Both the position numbers and the translations under genes were made by a program. From IMG/VR virus record IMGVR_UViG_3300032243_000867, positions 32,001 through 96,000 of that record: a stretch of DNA of 64,000 nucleotides; one strand, given 5' to 3'. The notes beneath the pieces are model-generated. The model saw only the letters and a list, made by a program, of their open reading frames with translations. It did not search any database and was not told the DNA's origin. Shown in pieces: positions 9,277 through 18,944 of the stretch; positions within the stretch are counted from its first letter, which is position 1, and each line of letters begins with the position of its first letter. Origin of the DNA: a virus. Lineage: Duplodnaviria; Caudoviricetes.

Positions 9277-9633
9277 ATGACCGCCAGCGCCCGTAGGGTT
9301 GTTGCACGCTACCTATCCGCCGCCCCCCTTCGCCTAGACCCAGCGGTGACGAGAACGGTGGACCTAGCCTTGGTGAAGGCGGGGATGGACGGGAACAGCC
9401 CGTTCCGAAGCACCTCCCTCGCGGTCAACCGCATCGGAGAGGTTCTGTCGTCTCACTCCCTGGGTCTCTCGGGGCTGAACGCGGCATCGGTGCGGGGAAG
9501 CGAAGGAGAGGCTTCCGCGAGGTTGGTGTCCCGGAACGCCGAGGGGATGGCGATGCTGACCACCTCGAAGCTGACCCTTCAGTGGGTCACGGCGGACGAC
9601 GGAACCGTGAAGGTCGTTGCCTACCTGACCTAG
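9277..9633 (+). CDS. hypothetical putative virion protein
   Basis: GAGGAG RBS; N-terminal ARRVVARYL motif shared with other proteins in the window. Confidence 0.6.
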   Translation: MTASARRVVARYLSAAPLRLDPAVTRTVDLALVKAGMDGNSPFRSTSLAVNRIGEVLSSHSLGLSGLNAASVRGSEGEASARLVSRNAEGMAMLTTSKLTLQWVTADDGTVKVVAYLT

Positions 9634-9742
9634 ACGACCTCGACGACCCGGAAAGTTTTGAAGATGTCCGGGCCGTGCGGGTGGACCGGAAGGTAGTCGT
9701 CTACCGTCCCGCCGCGGAGCTTTACCAAGTTTTTGGCGTGCG

Positions 9743-9928
9743 TCAGCGGAGTATCGTTCGCGGTTCCCTTCCCCGAAGGGCGCACCGAAACCCGGCATCG
9801 TCGAGACGGCACGCAGGCACGTCCGCGCCGCGAGACGCGGCGCGCACCCTCGACGGTACGTTGCTGTACCAACAGCCGCCGCGTTGGACGCGAAGGCGGG
9901 TGTCAGTGGGCTTGGTGGTGGGGTTCAT
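9743..9928 (-). CDS. FGE/CLec variable-region-like minigene, copy B (61 aa)
   Basis: MNPTTKPTDTRLRVQRGGCWYSNVPSRVRAASRGADVPACRLDDAGFRCALRGREPRTILR; ATG overlaps the stop of copy C. Confidence 0.75.
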   Translation of the reverse strand: MNPTTKPTDTRLRVQRGGCWYSNVPSRVRAASRGADVPACRLDDAGFRCALRGREPRTILR

Positions 9929-10083
9929 ACTCGGGGGCTCCTTCCCGGCAGGTGGGTTCGGAACCCGTGGTCGCGGAAAAAAATTGTGGGCTTGTACTCT
10001 TGAAACGACGCGGCGGGTAGGAAGGCCGCGAGGTGGTACCAAGACCCGCCACGAATCACGCGAAGCCGGTTGTCGATCCTCAC
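9925..10083 (-). CDS. FGE/CLec variable-region-like minigene, copy C (52 aa)
   Basis: VRIDNRLRVIRGGSWYHLAAFLPAASFQEYKPTIFFRDHGFRTHLPGRSPRV; GTGA-coupled. Confidence 0.7.
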   Translation of the reverse strand: MRIDNRLRVIRGGSWYHLAAFLPAASFQEYKPTIFFRDHGFRTHLPGRSPRV

Positions 10084-10253
10084 AGCGTCACCTCGTAGGG
10101 GTGGACCAGGACGTAATCGTAGTCGTCGATTCGACCGCGCGAGTCCACGCGGAGGGTTTGGACGTAGGCGTTCGCCCCCTCCTCCGTGGCGAACACGCCA
10201 CGGATGAAACGGTCCCCGTGGACCCAACCCGCCGTTACGATCCAGACGGTCAT
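10080..10253 (-). CDS. small hypothetical protein (57 aa)
   Basis: MTVWIVTAGWVHGDRFIRGVFATEEGANAY...; GGGCGTAA 8 nt upstream; coupled to copy C. Confidence 0.6.
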   Translation of the reverse strand: MTVWIVTAGWVHGDRFIRGVFATEEGANAYVQTLRVDSRGRIDDYDYVLVHPYEVTL

Positions 10254-10261
10254 GCGGGATG

Positions 10262-11110
10262 TTACGCCCGCAGGTCGCGCAGAACGGCGGTGAGTTTAGC
10301 CGCGATGCCGCCGGGGAGATCCGCCACCGCGCCGCCGTTCAGGACGTGTTCGACGGCGGACGCGAGGTGGGGTTGCCCGATACGGGTGAGGTGCCTACGC
10401 ACCATGTCCACCCGCGATTTGCGGGCGAGAGCGTCTTCGGGAGAAGGGGCCGCAGGATCGTGAAGGTCCGGGGTGGAGAGGGTGTCTTCACGGTCCCGCA
10501 CTACTTCCCGTGCGGTGTCGGCGGACTGAACCACCCGCCACGCCTTCCCAGCTTGCACCTCACGGGCGGTCTTCGCCCCACGGGTCATACGGGTGGAAGC
10601 GTCTACGCCCCAGCGGCGAAGCTCAGTGCTGGCGCTCTGGTAGGCCCAGACGCGCAACACCGACAACTTCACTTCTTTGCCGTCGCGGAGAAACGGGGCG
10701 AGAGTGTCCCGCTCAACGAAGCGGGCAAGAACCGTCTGGACATGATCCTCGACGACGGAGAGCTCCCGCGACAAGGGCATCTTCGACGCCAGATGCGCCA
10801 CCAGAGCGGGATATACCTTCGCGTAGTTGTCCCGCACCCAGCGTGCGGTCAAGCTAACCTTCGTTTCCGTGCGGGGGAGGGGTTCCTCGCCTCGAACTAC
10901 GGCGAGGGTAGTGCGGCACGCCCCGGGCTTCTGAGCGACGGTACCTTCCGCGAAGTCCCCACGCGCGACCGCGAGGGCGGCGAGAGCCAACGGGCTGCGG
11001 CAACCCCCGAAAGCTCGCACGGCGCGATCAGCTACTTCCACCTCGCGGGCGGCGACGATTACAGCAGATCCCCCAACAGCGAACGGCGAAACGGTGGTGT
11101 ACAAGGACAT
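10262..11110 (-). CDS. ECF-type sigma-70-like factor
   Basis: Region-2-like YPALVAHLA..VEDHVQTVLARF..LRVWAYQSASTELRRW; degenerate region-4-like C-terminus. Confidence 0.55.
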   Translation of the reverse strand: MSLYTTVSPFAVGGSAVIVAAREVEVADRAVRAFGGCRSPLALAALAVARGDFAEGTVAQKPGACRTTLAVVRGEEPLPRTETKVSLTARWVRDNYAKVYPALVAHLASKMPLSRELSVVEDHVQTVLARFVERDTLAPFLRDGKEVKLSVLRVWAYQSASTELRRWGVDASTRMTRGAKTAREVQAGKAWRVVQSADTAREVVRDREDTLSTPDLHDPAAPSPEDALARKSRVDMVRRHLTRIGQPHLASAVEHVLNGGAVADLPGGIAAKLTAVLRDLRA

Positions 11111-11256
11111 TAGAGTCTCCGTTGGTTAGTCCCGGGGGTCAAGACCCTTGGGGTTACAGGGGGGAGATCTTAACGTAGGGTGGTCCGGGGGTCTACTAAA
11201 TTCGTACGACCGCTCGGGCGGCCAACGCCGTTAGGCGTTCTATTACGCGCGAAGGG

Positions 11257-12924
11257 TTGACCTCCCCTGCCTACGGGGGCGGAACCCCCGAAGTGAAGGA
11301 ACTCTCTGCCATGGATCGTATCGCCGCTCGGAACATCGTTCGCAGGGTGCTGTTCGCCATGATCGCGAAGCATCAGGCGAATCAAGCCCCCCTCCCCAAG
11401 AAGGCGTCTCTCCCGACGGGGAACGTGCTGACGGGGTTGGATATGCTGGCACGCGCCCAGTTCCTGGAGGGTCTGGCGGGTAAGCCTTTCGGTTCAATCT
11501 CCTCCAAGGCGGGGGGCGGGAGGCCGGTGGCCAAGAAGGTCATCGGGAAGTTGCTTCTCCTTCTCGATCCGACTCTCAACCCTGCGGACCTCGAACCGAA
11601 GCACGAGAAAGAAGTCGAAAAAATTCCGGCGGGTCCCGGAATGACGGGCAGCAAGCTGAACGAATGGGTCAGCGACGCCGGGGCTTCCGGCCTCTACCGT
11701 TCCGCATGGCTCGGGGCGAACCGCGCACTGGCCCGTACTCGCGGGCCGACGGGCTCGGGTCTTGAGGCGACGGATGTCCTCACGGCGAATATGCTTCGCT
11801 TCATCGACCCTTCTTCGGGGGAGCCCGCGATGGACGAGGCTGCTCTCGAAGAGTTCGCCCAATCCGCGAGCATGGGGGAGAAGCAAGAGGTTCTTGAGAA
11901 CCAAGAGAAGGCCCTTCGGGACGGCGTTCTGGAAGAAGCCGCCAACATGGGCAACTTCTTCTGGATGGCCGGAAAGAAGATGCAAGCGGCCAAGGCGAAG
12001 ATCCTCTCCGAGGATATCGGCATCGACCGTCTCGGTGGAATCGTCGCCCGGTACGCCTTCAACGACGCGAGCAAGCTCGTGGAGAAGCTGGAGACGGAAT
12101 CCCGCGCACTGGCCCGCGCGCTGAAGTTGGATATGCTCCCCGGCGCTAACGAGGAGCGGGCCGACTTCGACCTGGGAGAGCTCACCCCCACGGGTTGGGG
12201 TTACGTCATCCAGGCCGTCCTCGGGGACCCGAACAGCCACTTCTCGCAGGAAGTGTTCGACTGGATGCTGGACGACGTGAAGTTCCACCCTTCCCTCAAC
12301 GACAAAGAGAAGCAGGTGATGACCGCGTACGTCCAGGCCGTGATCGACGGGCGGCTGTCGGGCTTCATGAGCGCCGAGGGGGCGAGCGCGGGTCGTGGCG
12401 CTGACCGGGGCTTCATCGAGGACTACAACCGCCGGAACCCCGACGCCACCCTCACCCCCAACTACTTCGGCGTCGTCAAAAACAAGTATTTTGGAAAGGA
12501 CGGGGCGGAAGTTGCGAAGCGTCTTCACGACGAAGCCCCCGAGTGGAAGCTGGACGCAGAGGACCAGTTGTTCCTGATGAACGCGCAGAAGGGTCGCGGG
12601 AAGTTCGCCGCTCAGAAGGTCGCCGCCGAGGAGCGCGCCCTGCGCTCCAAAATCATCCGTCTGGCGCACCAGAACCCGGCGATGCGCCCGCACCTTCTCC
12701 CGCTGCTGGTTCGCACGGCGGCGGGGGAAGAAGGAACGCTGGCGGGGCGGACGTGGGGCGGTCCGGGCGCGGGCCGTGACTGGGACTGGAACAAGCCCGA
12801 GTATGCTTCGCACGAGGATTCCCCCCCCGCGGGTTCCAACGGCAGCACCGAGCGCGCGGAGTACAACAAGTGGTACCGCGAGAACGTCTGCCCTTCCAAG
12901 CACGGCACGGGTTGCGGTCTGTAA
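11257..12924 (+). CDS. hypothetical putative virion protein (start may be ATG 11311)
   Basis: Long ORF with phage-like codon use; C-terminal LRSKIIRLAHQNPAMRPHLLPLL module. Confidence 0.6.
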   Translation: MTSPAYGGGTPEVKELSAMDRIAARNIVRRVLFAMIAKHQANQAPLPKKASLPTGNVLTGLDMLARAQFLEGLAGKPFGSISSKAGGGRPVAKKVIGKLLLLLDPTLNPADLEPKHEKEVEKIPAGPGMTGSKLNEWVSDAGASGLYRSAWLGANRALARTRGPTGSGLEATDVLTANMLRFIDPSSGEPAMDEAALEEFAQSASMGEKQEVLENQEKALRDGVLEEAANMGNFFWMAGKKMQAAKAKILSEDIGIDRLGGIVARYAFNDASKLVEKLETESRALARALKLDMLPGANEERADFDLGELTPTGWGYVIQAVLGDPNSHFSQEVFDWMLDDVKFHPSLNDKEKQVMTAYVQAVIDGRLSGFMSAEGASAGRGADRGFIEDYNRRNPDATLTPNYFGVVKNKYFGKDGAEVAKRLHDEAPEWKLDAEDQLFLMNAQKGRGKFAAQKVAAEERALRSKIIRLAHQNPAMRPHLLPLLVRTAAGEEGTLAGRTWGGPGAGRDWDWNKPEYASHEDSPPAGSNGSTERAEYNKWYRENVCPSKHGTGCGL

Positions 12925-12928
12925 ACCG

Positions 12929-13162
12929 CTACCCCGGCCTACGCCCGCCGCACACGAAGTAGTGCCAATCGGTGTAAAGGTAGATCGGCAGGAACTCCTC
13001 GCCGCACCCCGCACACACCGACCGCTTCACTTCCATCCGGTCCCGTCCCCGCTCCCACGTCACGGTCCCCACGGTGATCTTCGTTCCCCCGCACCGGGGG
13101 CACGGCTTCACCTTGGCCACGTCGGGCACGAACACGGTGGAGGTGGTTTTGGGATCGGACAT
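12929..13162 (-). CDS. small zinc-ribbon protein
   Basis: CPRCGG and CAGCG pairs; divergent promoter-like motif upstream. Confidence 0.55.
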   Translation of the reverse strand: MSDPKTTSTVFVPDVAKVKPCPRCGGTKITVGTVTWERGRDRMEVKRSVCAGCGEEFLPIYLYTDWHYFVCGGRRPG

Positions 13163-13174
13163 CGTGAGCGCACC

Positions 13175-13188
13175 TTACGCGGGCGTAA
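13175..13188. promoter_or_regulatory. back-to-back GCGTAA motif (TTACGC-GG-GCGTAA) between divergent genes
   Basis: Inverted pair between ATG 13162 (-) and ATG 13197 (+). Confidence 0.6.
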
Positions 13189-13196
13189 CGGTGGGC

Positions 13197-14468
13197 ATGG
13201 GTCACTTCAGCCAGACTTGCATGATCTCCCGCCTCCCCATCACCGGGGGCACGCCGATTCGCGTCTGCCTCCTTTCCGGCCCTCCCTACAAGGACGGCAG
13301 GGGGTTCCGATTCGGGGACGAGTGGTCGTTCCGGTCCATCCCGTTTCGGGCCGTATACAACGACTACGGTTCCATCGAGGACGTGCCCCCCGAGGACCGG
13401 GTGCTCGTGGACCTCGCTCTCGCCCAGTTCGACCGCGATGCCGTGGAGCTCCCCTTGGGGGAGAACCAGTACCACGACCCGCCCGTTACGAAGGGGATGC
13501 CAGCGGAAAGGTGGTGGGAGGCGCTGACGGAGGGACGCCTTCGCGTCCGTTCGTCGGATACCTACGAGAAGGTGAAGGTCCCGGCGGGCGTGCCGACATG
13601 GCGGCGGGTGTTGAAGGCCCTCCTCCGTGCGGAAGCAAAGGGGGAGCTCCCGCCGGGGGGAACGGCGACGCGCCTCGCCTACGGGGTGGTCAAGGTCGTA
13701 TTCAACGGCCAGTGGGAGAAGAAGACCGAGTGGTGCGAGAAGCTCCGTCCGATTCTGGAGCGGAAGTACCGGGTCGAGGTGCGGCACCGCTACGGACTTG
13801 AGTGGCACCGGGAGCACATGGAGAAGAGCCCCGATCCGAGCCCGTACACGGACGTCGAGTACATCCTCGCACCGAAGGAGGGACCCTTCCCCCCGACGAA
13901 CCCCCACCGGGAACGGCGTGAGCAGCGGTTCTTGAAGTCCCTCGAAGGACCCGTGCGGCACGATCCCCACGCCCCCATTCCCGTCGCTTGGGCGTTCGTC
14001 CGCGAGGACGTGTGGCAAGCGACGCTCTCCCTCGGGGGCCGGGAGCTGGACTGGTTCCCCACCCCTTCCGTGAAGCAGACGAAGGCCCGGTTGAAGGCGG
14101 GGATCGAAAAGGCGATCAAGAGCCCCGTGGGTCAGATCATCGGCGTCGGGTACCTCCTCGAAAACGACCTCCACGATCTCAAGACCACGCCGCCCTTCGT
14201 CCAAGGGATCGCGGACGAGGTCGCGGAGCTCGCGAAGCAGACGCGGGACGGGAAGGTGACGGCGAAAACCTACGGGCACGCCCTCACGAAGCTGTCCGAG
14301 TTCATCGTCGTGCGCTACGTGATGCTCGGTGCGTGCATCCCCCCGGTCCCGACCTACGGGGGGCCGCAGGACGGCGCGTGGGATACGCAAGCGGCGCTTC
14401 ACGCCGCGTTGGCCCCCGTGGTGGCGGGGGCCGTGAAAAAACAATCTTGGGAGGAGGACGAGCCGTAG
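13197..14468 (+). CDS. hypothetical protein
   Basis: Start re-called at ATG 13197, 8 nt after GGGCGTAA. Confidence 0.65.
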   Translation: MGHFSQTCMISRLPITGGTPIRVCLLSGPPYKDGRGFRFGDEWSFRSIPFRAVYNDYGSIEDVPPEDRVLVDLALAQFDRDAVELPLGENQYHDPPVTKGMPAERWWEALTEGRLRVRSSDTYEKVKVPAGVPTWRRVLKALLRAEAKGELPPGGTATRLAYGVVKVVFNGQWEKKTEWCEKLRPILERKYRVEVRHRYGLEWHREHMEKSPDPSPYTDVEYILAPKEGPFPPTNPHRERREQRFLKSLEGPVRHDPHAPIPVAWAFVREDVWQATLSLGGRELDWFPTPSVKQTKARLKAGIEKAIKSPVGQIIGVGYLLENDLHDLKTTPPFVQGIADEVAELAKQTRDGKVTAKTYGHALTKLSEFIVVRYVMLGACIPPVPTYGGPQDGAWDTQAALHAALAPVVAGAVKKQSWEEDEP

Positions 14469-14476
14469 GGTGCCTC

Positions 14477-15262
14477 ATGACCTACGTTCTCCCCTGCACC
14501 GCTGACGCCCTTCTCGACCGAATCCCCGACGGCACCGTTCACCTGCTCCTCACGGACCCCCCGTACTACGGCATCGTAGAAAACGCATGGGACCGACAGT
14601 GGTCGAACGACCGTGAGTTTGCAGATTGGCTGTCGGGCATCCTCCTCCGCGCCCTCCCGAAACTCACCCCCACGGGCTCCCTCGTGTTCTTCGGCGGGCT
14701 GGGTCGGCACGGGAGCCACCCGCTGTTCCGGGTGGTGACGGCCCTCGAAGACGGGGGCTACACGTTCCGAAACTGGCTGACGTGGCGGAAGCGCCGCGCC
14801 TACGGCAAATCTCACGATTACCTGTACGTCCGCGAGGAGATCCTCTGGTTCTCCAAGTCGCCGGAACGTACGGGGGTGACGTTCAACAAGCCGTACACCG
14901 AAGAGCGAAGGGGCTACGAGGGGTTCAACTTGAAGTACCCCGCCCTGTCCGAGTTCAAGCGCGTGGGGAACGTGTGGACGGACATCGACCCGGTGATCGA
15001 CGATTGCCCGGAGCTCATGCGCCCCGAGCGGTCGTGCCAGAAGCCCCAACGGCTCATGGACCGCTTGGTGGCGGCGCACAGCAACGAGGGTGACTTGGTG
15101 GTGGACCCGTTCTCCGGGTGGGGCAGCACGGGGGTGAGCGCCGTCGCCCTCGGTCGGCGCTTTATCGGCTGCGAGGCCATCGAGGCAGACGCCCGGGCGG
15201 CGGACGAGAGAGTTCGTAACGCCGCGCCTATTGCCGCGCCTATCTTCGAGGTACTACGGTGA
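14477..15262 (+). CDS. DNA N6-adenine/N4-cytosine methyltransferase (beta class)
   Basis: TDPPYY motif IV precedes VVDPFSGWGSTG motif I. Confidence 0.85.
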   Translation: MTYVLPCTADALLDRIPDGTVHLLLTDPPYYGIVENAWDRQWSNDREFADWLSGILLRALPKLTPTGSLVFFGGLGRHGSHPLFRVVTALEDGGYTFRNWLTWRKRRAYGKSHDYLYVREEILWFSKSPERTGVTFNKPYTEERRGYEGFNLKYPALSEFKRVGNVWTDIDPVIDDCPELMRPERSCQKPQRLMDRLVAAHSNEGDLVVDPFSGWGSTGVSAVALGRRFIGCEAIEADARAADERVRNAAPIAAPIFEVLR

Positions 15263-15930
15263 AGGTACTAGGAATTTCCACCACGACACACGCCTACGGG
15301 GAGTCCGCCAGCGGCGTGATGCTGGAAGCGGTGTTGCGGGTAGCGGCGGCGCGCGGCCACACGGCGACGGTCATCGACGCGGCCAAGCTCCATGTGGTCC
15401 AGAACCTGTCCTGCTACGCGGGCGGGGGTCGCAATTGTGCCCACCCCGACGCGGGTCCGTACCGCTGCTGGGCGCACAAGAACTCCGCGGACGACTCGGA
15501 CAAGTACGGGGGCGTGGACGAGATGCCCGTGTTGTACGACGGAATCGCAGACGCCGACGTGGTGGTGTGGGCGACGAGCGTCCGGTGGATGTCTCACTCA
15601 TCCCTCCTCCAGCGCGTAATCGAGCGCATGAACACGTTGGAGAACCGCGCATCCGTGTACGGCGAGCCCAACCCTCTCACCGGGAAGCTGGCGGGGGTGC
15701 TGGTGGCGGGCCAGCACTACGAGGGGCAGAAGGTCGCGATCTGTCTTCAAGAGGTGTTCATCCGCCTTGGGTTCACCGTCCCGCTCGACGCCCAGATGGT
15801 GTGGCAACGCACCCTCGACCTCACCGTCGAACAGGGCGACGGGTCGAACCGCCCGCACGTCGCCGCGCACTTGGTGTCCCCCACGGGCCGGGGGCAGATC
15901 ACCCGGTACCTCCAAGCTCTCGGGCTGTGA
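15259..15930 (+). CDS. flavodoxin-fold NAD(P)H-dependent FMN reductase / iron-sulfur flavoprotein-like
   Basis: MKVLGIS start, Cys cluster CYAGGGRNC..C, ADVVVWATSV, IERM. Confidence 0.7.
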   Translation: MKVLGISTTTHAYGESASGVMLEAVLRVAAARGHTATVIDAAKLHVVQNLSCYAGGGRNCAHPDAGPYRCWAHKNSADDSDKYGGVDEMPVLYDGIADADVVVWATSVRWMSHSSLLQRVIERMNTLENRASVYGEPNPLTGKLAGVLVAGQHYEGQKVAICLQEVFIRLGFTVPLDAQMVWQRTLDLTVEQGDGSNRPHVAAHLVSPTGRGQITRYLQALGL

Positions 15931-15934
15931 CACC

Positions 15935-16570
15935 GTGAGGATCGCACACGTTTCTGACATTCACGGTCACTACAGCACCCTCGACCGGCTGGGGGGGGAC
16001 GCGCCCGACCTTTGGGTAATCACGGGTGACTTCTTCCCCAACAAGACCCGTGGCCACGTCCCGACCGAAACCCGCTGGCAGACCAACTGGTTCGGCTACA
16101 AGTCGTTCAGCATCCGGCGGCGGTTGCTGGGCGCTCCCGTGCTCTTGGTACCCGGCAACCACGACTACGCCAACCTCGCGGGGCTCCTGCGCCGCGACGG
16201 GGTGGACGCCCGTGAGGTCGCCCCCGAGGGCTGCACCTTCGGGGGGTTGAGGTTCGCGGGCTTCGGGCACATCCCGATCATCGCGGGCGAGTGGAACCGA
16301 GAGAGCACCACGCAGGAGCTCTACGACCTCACGCACCGCACCCTCGACTGCGACCCGGACGTGCTGCTCACCCACGCCCCGCCCGACGGCATCCTCAACG
16401 GGCGCTACCCCGGCATCGGGCCGCTCACCACCGCCCTCACCTACCGCCCGCATCGGGTGACCCATCACTTCTTCGGGCACAGCCACGAAGACGGCGGCAA
16501 GAGCGTCGAGCACATGGGCATCACCTTCGTGAACAGCGCCACGACCCTTCAGCGGGTCGATCTACCGTAA
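15935..16570 (+). CDS. calcineurin-like metallophosphoesterase
   Basis: SDIHG, TGDFF, PGNHD, THAPP and GHSHE motifs. Confidence 0.85.
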   Translation: MRIAHVSDIHGHYSTLDRLGGDAPDLWVITGDFFPNKTRGHVPTETRWQTNWFGYKSFSIRRRLLGAPVLLVPGNHDYANLAGLLRRDGVDAREVAPEGCTFGGLRFAGFGHIPIIAGEWNRESTTQELYDLTHRTLDCDPDVLLTHAPPDGILNGRYPGIGPLTTALTYRPHRVTHHFFGHSHEDGGKSVEHMGITFVNSATTLQRVDLP

Positions 16571-16709
16571 CACCCCCGCCGTCGAACGGGGGGGCCGCTT
16601 CTGGCCCCTCTACGGGGCCGGGTAGAGGTAACGTACCCCCCGGAGGGCGCGCGGCCCTAGAATCGCCTCGTAGCGGTTTTCCGAAACGTCTTATCGTTCT
16701 CGGTAGGGC

Positions 16710-17096
16710 ATGAACCTCGAAGACTCGCCGCTTCCCCCTCCCCCCGCGATCCCCCGGGCGAGCTTTCACTGGGTGCCGCGCCCTACGGGTGCGAACGGGT
16801 TGGAGGAGTGGTGCCAGTGGTTGAACTTCCTCGACGGGATACTCACCGCCCACGCCCTCACCGGGGGGCGGTCTACCGAGCTCAACTTCTTGATGCGGAA
16901 GGCTTGGGATGCGTCACCGTTGATCTACGGGACGCTGAAGTTCTGGTTGTTCTGGTTCGGGCTGAAGTGCCTGGAGCGCGTCGCGGTCCTCAGCAAAGGA
17001 TCCCAGAACGTCCGGGAAACGATCTTGAAGGGGATCTTCATGGTGTTTCTCACGGTGTTCCTCTGGCACCTGTTCGTGCTCTCTCTTTTAAACTAG
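16710..17096 (+). CDS. small membrane protein (DUF5658-like, tentative)
   Basis: LNFLDGILT..ELNFLM; two to three hydrophobic segments. Confidence 0.5.
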   Translation: MNLEDSPLPPPPAIPRASFHWVPRPTGANGLEEWCQWLNFLDGILTAHALTGGRSTELNFLMRKAWDASPLIYGTLKFWLFWFGLKCLERVAVLSKGSQNVRETILKGIFMVFLTVFLWHLFVLSLLN

Positions 17097-17681
17097 ACTT
17101 CCCCCCCGTCTCGTAGTACCCGTCACCCGGATCGTCGCCCGTCTTCTCCTCTGTAGGTGGGGATCGGGACGTGGAAAACCCTCCCGGTCTGGACCTCGCG
17201 AACGCTTCTCCCGTGGAACGGAGCGGCCTCTCGAACAATAGCCCGGGGAAATACGGACCCCCTACCCCAACAGGGGGGTTCGACGGATTCCAGACCGAAA
17301 GGTCGCAGAAGTGGGGGCTAATCACCCCTCGAAGGTGGACGCTGCCGACGACATCCTCGGATACGAAGTCCTCCCGTAGACGCCGACGAGGTAGACCCGC
17401 AAGCCCCTGAGAAGGCTGGAACAGGTCTGACAGTCCCCCCTCCCGGCGAGTAAGGGTTTCAACTTCATCCCGAAGGATTCTCAAAGGTTCCACAGCTAGG
17501 TGCCTACGCAAGAGGCCCCGGAGAGAGGTACGAAAGACTCGCTCTCCACTTCCTTCAAGCCTCCCGGTTCCCGTTGGTCTTCCCCTACAAGGGGAGAGAG
17601 GGAACGAACCCTAGACCCGTAAGGGAAGGGTAGTAAAAGGGATAGAGGGTGAAGGTAGTTAGATCCAACAATAATAGAAAC

Positions 17682-17760
17682 ACTTCTCGAACCCGTACTT
17701 CTCGAACTCCTACTCCTACTACTTCTCGAACTCCTACTCCTACTTCTCCTACTACTCTCT
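17682..17760. repeat. short direct repeats (ACTTCTCGAAC x3 plus TACTCC units) in a lower-GC non-coding stretch
   Basis: Copies at 17682, 17697 and 17721. Confidence 0.75.
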
Positions 17761-17930
17761 GTACTCGTACTAGTAGAACTACTCGTAGTAGAACCGATAC
17801 GAACTCGAAGACTGATCGCGAAGGATTGAAGCCTTGTAGCTGAGAATCTGATCCCTATGAAGGGATCGGAAGGGCGAAGCCTTGCTTGGGAACCGTGAAA
17901 CGGTTTCCTTTCTTATCGGCGGGGAAGAGA

Positions 17931-18257
17931 GTGAGTGCTCTCTTACAAGCTCTGATTCCTTTTCAGCCTCTGGTAGATCAGTGCTGGGGACTCTTGAAGC
18001 GGACTTCCTACCTAGCCTTCCCCTCGACCTCTCGGTCGAATCCCTCTGAGTGGGTACGGGTAGGACGGGGCGAGGGATCTTATCCGGGAGACTTCTGGCA
18101 GGGGGTAGCGGTTCCGACTCTCTCGGAACTGATCGGGGTGTCGCCGTCCTACTCGGGGGGTTGGGCGAACCCGATGGCGAGGGCTCTCGTAGAGTCCTAC
18201 CTACGGAAGAACCTCAAGACCTCCCCTTGGGAGGTCTGGATCGACTTCGCCCGTTGA
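17931..18257 (+). CDS. hypothetical protein
   Basis: Open frame filling the gap before the holB-like gene; start uncertain. Confidence 0.4.
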   Translation: MSALLQALIPFQPLVDQCWGLLKRTSYLAFPSTSRSNPSEWVRVGRGEGSYPGDFWQGVAVPTLSELIGVSPSYSGGWANPMARALVESYLRKNLKTSPWEVWIDFAR

Positions 18258-18287
18258 CCTTTCTCTGGGGGCGTAACGTCTCCGCCG

Positions 18288-18944
18288 ATGAAACCCCCTT
18301 CCTACGAAATCACCTCCTGTATCTTGTTTCACGGACCGGGAGCGGAAGCGGAGGGCTACGCCTCCGCGAAGGCTTACGGCAGGCTCCTCCCCTTCACGGG
18401 CTCGGAGTTGAAGAAGGAGGGGGCTCGGGAGCTCGTATCGCTTCTCTCTCACCGTCCCGTAGGCGGGGGTCGGGCGGCTGTCTTCGTCGGACCCGTAGAT
18501 GAGGTGAACCCCGCTACCAGCGACGTACTCCTCAAGACCATCGAGGAGTTCGACCCGGATGGCACCCGTCCGTTTCTCTGGGCGTGGGACCTCGGGGGCG
18601 TCTCCCTCACCTTGCGTTCCCGGTGCATCTTGAAGTTCTGCGCGGGCACGGACCTTCGCGGCGAAGCTCACGAGTCCACCGCCCGGGCGCTTCTCTCCGC
18701 CTATGAGGGCGGGGACTGGGTGACGGTGACCGAAGAGGCGAAGGGGTACGAGGACCTCGCATCTCTGATGCGATCCGTTGCGGACCTTCTCCCCCCGAAG
18801 CTTCGGGTGATGAACCCGGAGCCCCGGTACGCGAACCTTTGGGAGTGTTTGCGGGACCTGTTCGACGGGACGACGCTGACCCCGGCGCGGGTTGTCTCGG
18901 CGTTTCTTCTCGCTGAACACCGAACCGTAGTTGGGGAGCGATGA
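18288..18944 (+). CDS. holB: DNA polymerase III delta-prime-like clamp loader subunit (short)
   Basis: ILFHGP, DVLLKTIEE and TLRSRC (SRC motif). Confidence 0.7.
   Translation: MKPPSYEITSCILFHGPGAEAEGYASAKAYGRLLPFTGSELKKEGARELVSLLSHRPVGGGRAAVFVGPVDEVNPATSDVLLKTIEEFDPDGTRPFLWAWDLGGVSLTLRSRCILKFCAGTDLRGEAHESTARALLSAYEGGDWVTVTEEAKGYEDLASLMRSVADLLPPKLRVMNPEPRYANLWECLRDLFDGTTLTPARVVSAFLLAEHRTVVGER

Noticed and set aside
17682-17760. CRISPR array
   Set aside because: Repeats are 11 nt with irregular 4-13 nt gaps and no unique spacers.
17649-17843. 64-aa Thr/Pro/Arg/Ser ORF from the track
   Set aside because: It is only the translation of the short DNA repeats, with low complexity and no RBS or promoter motif.
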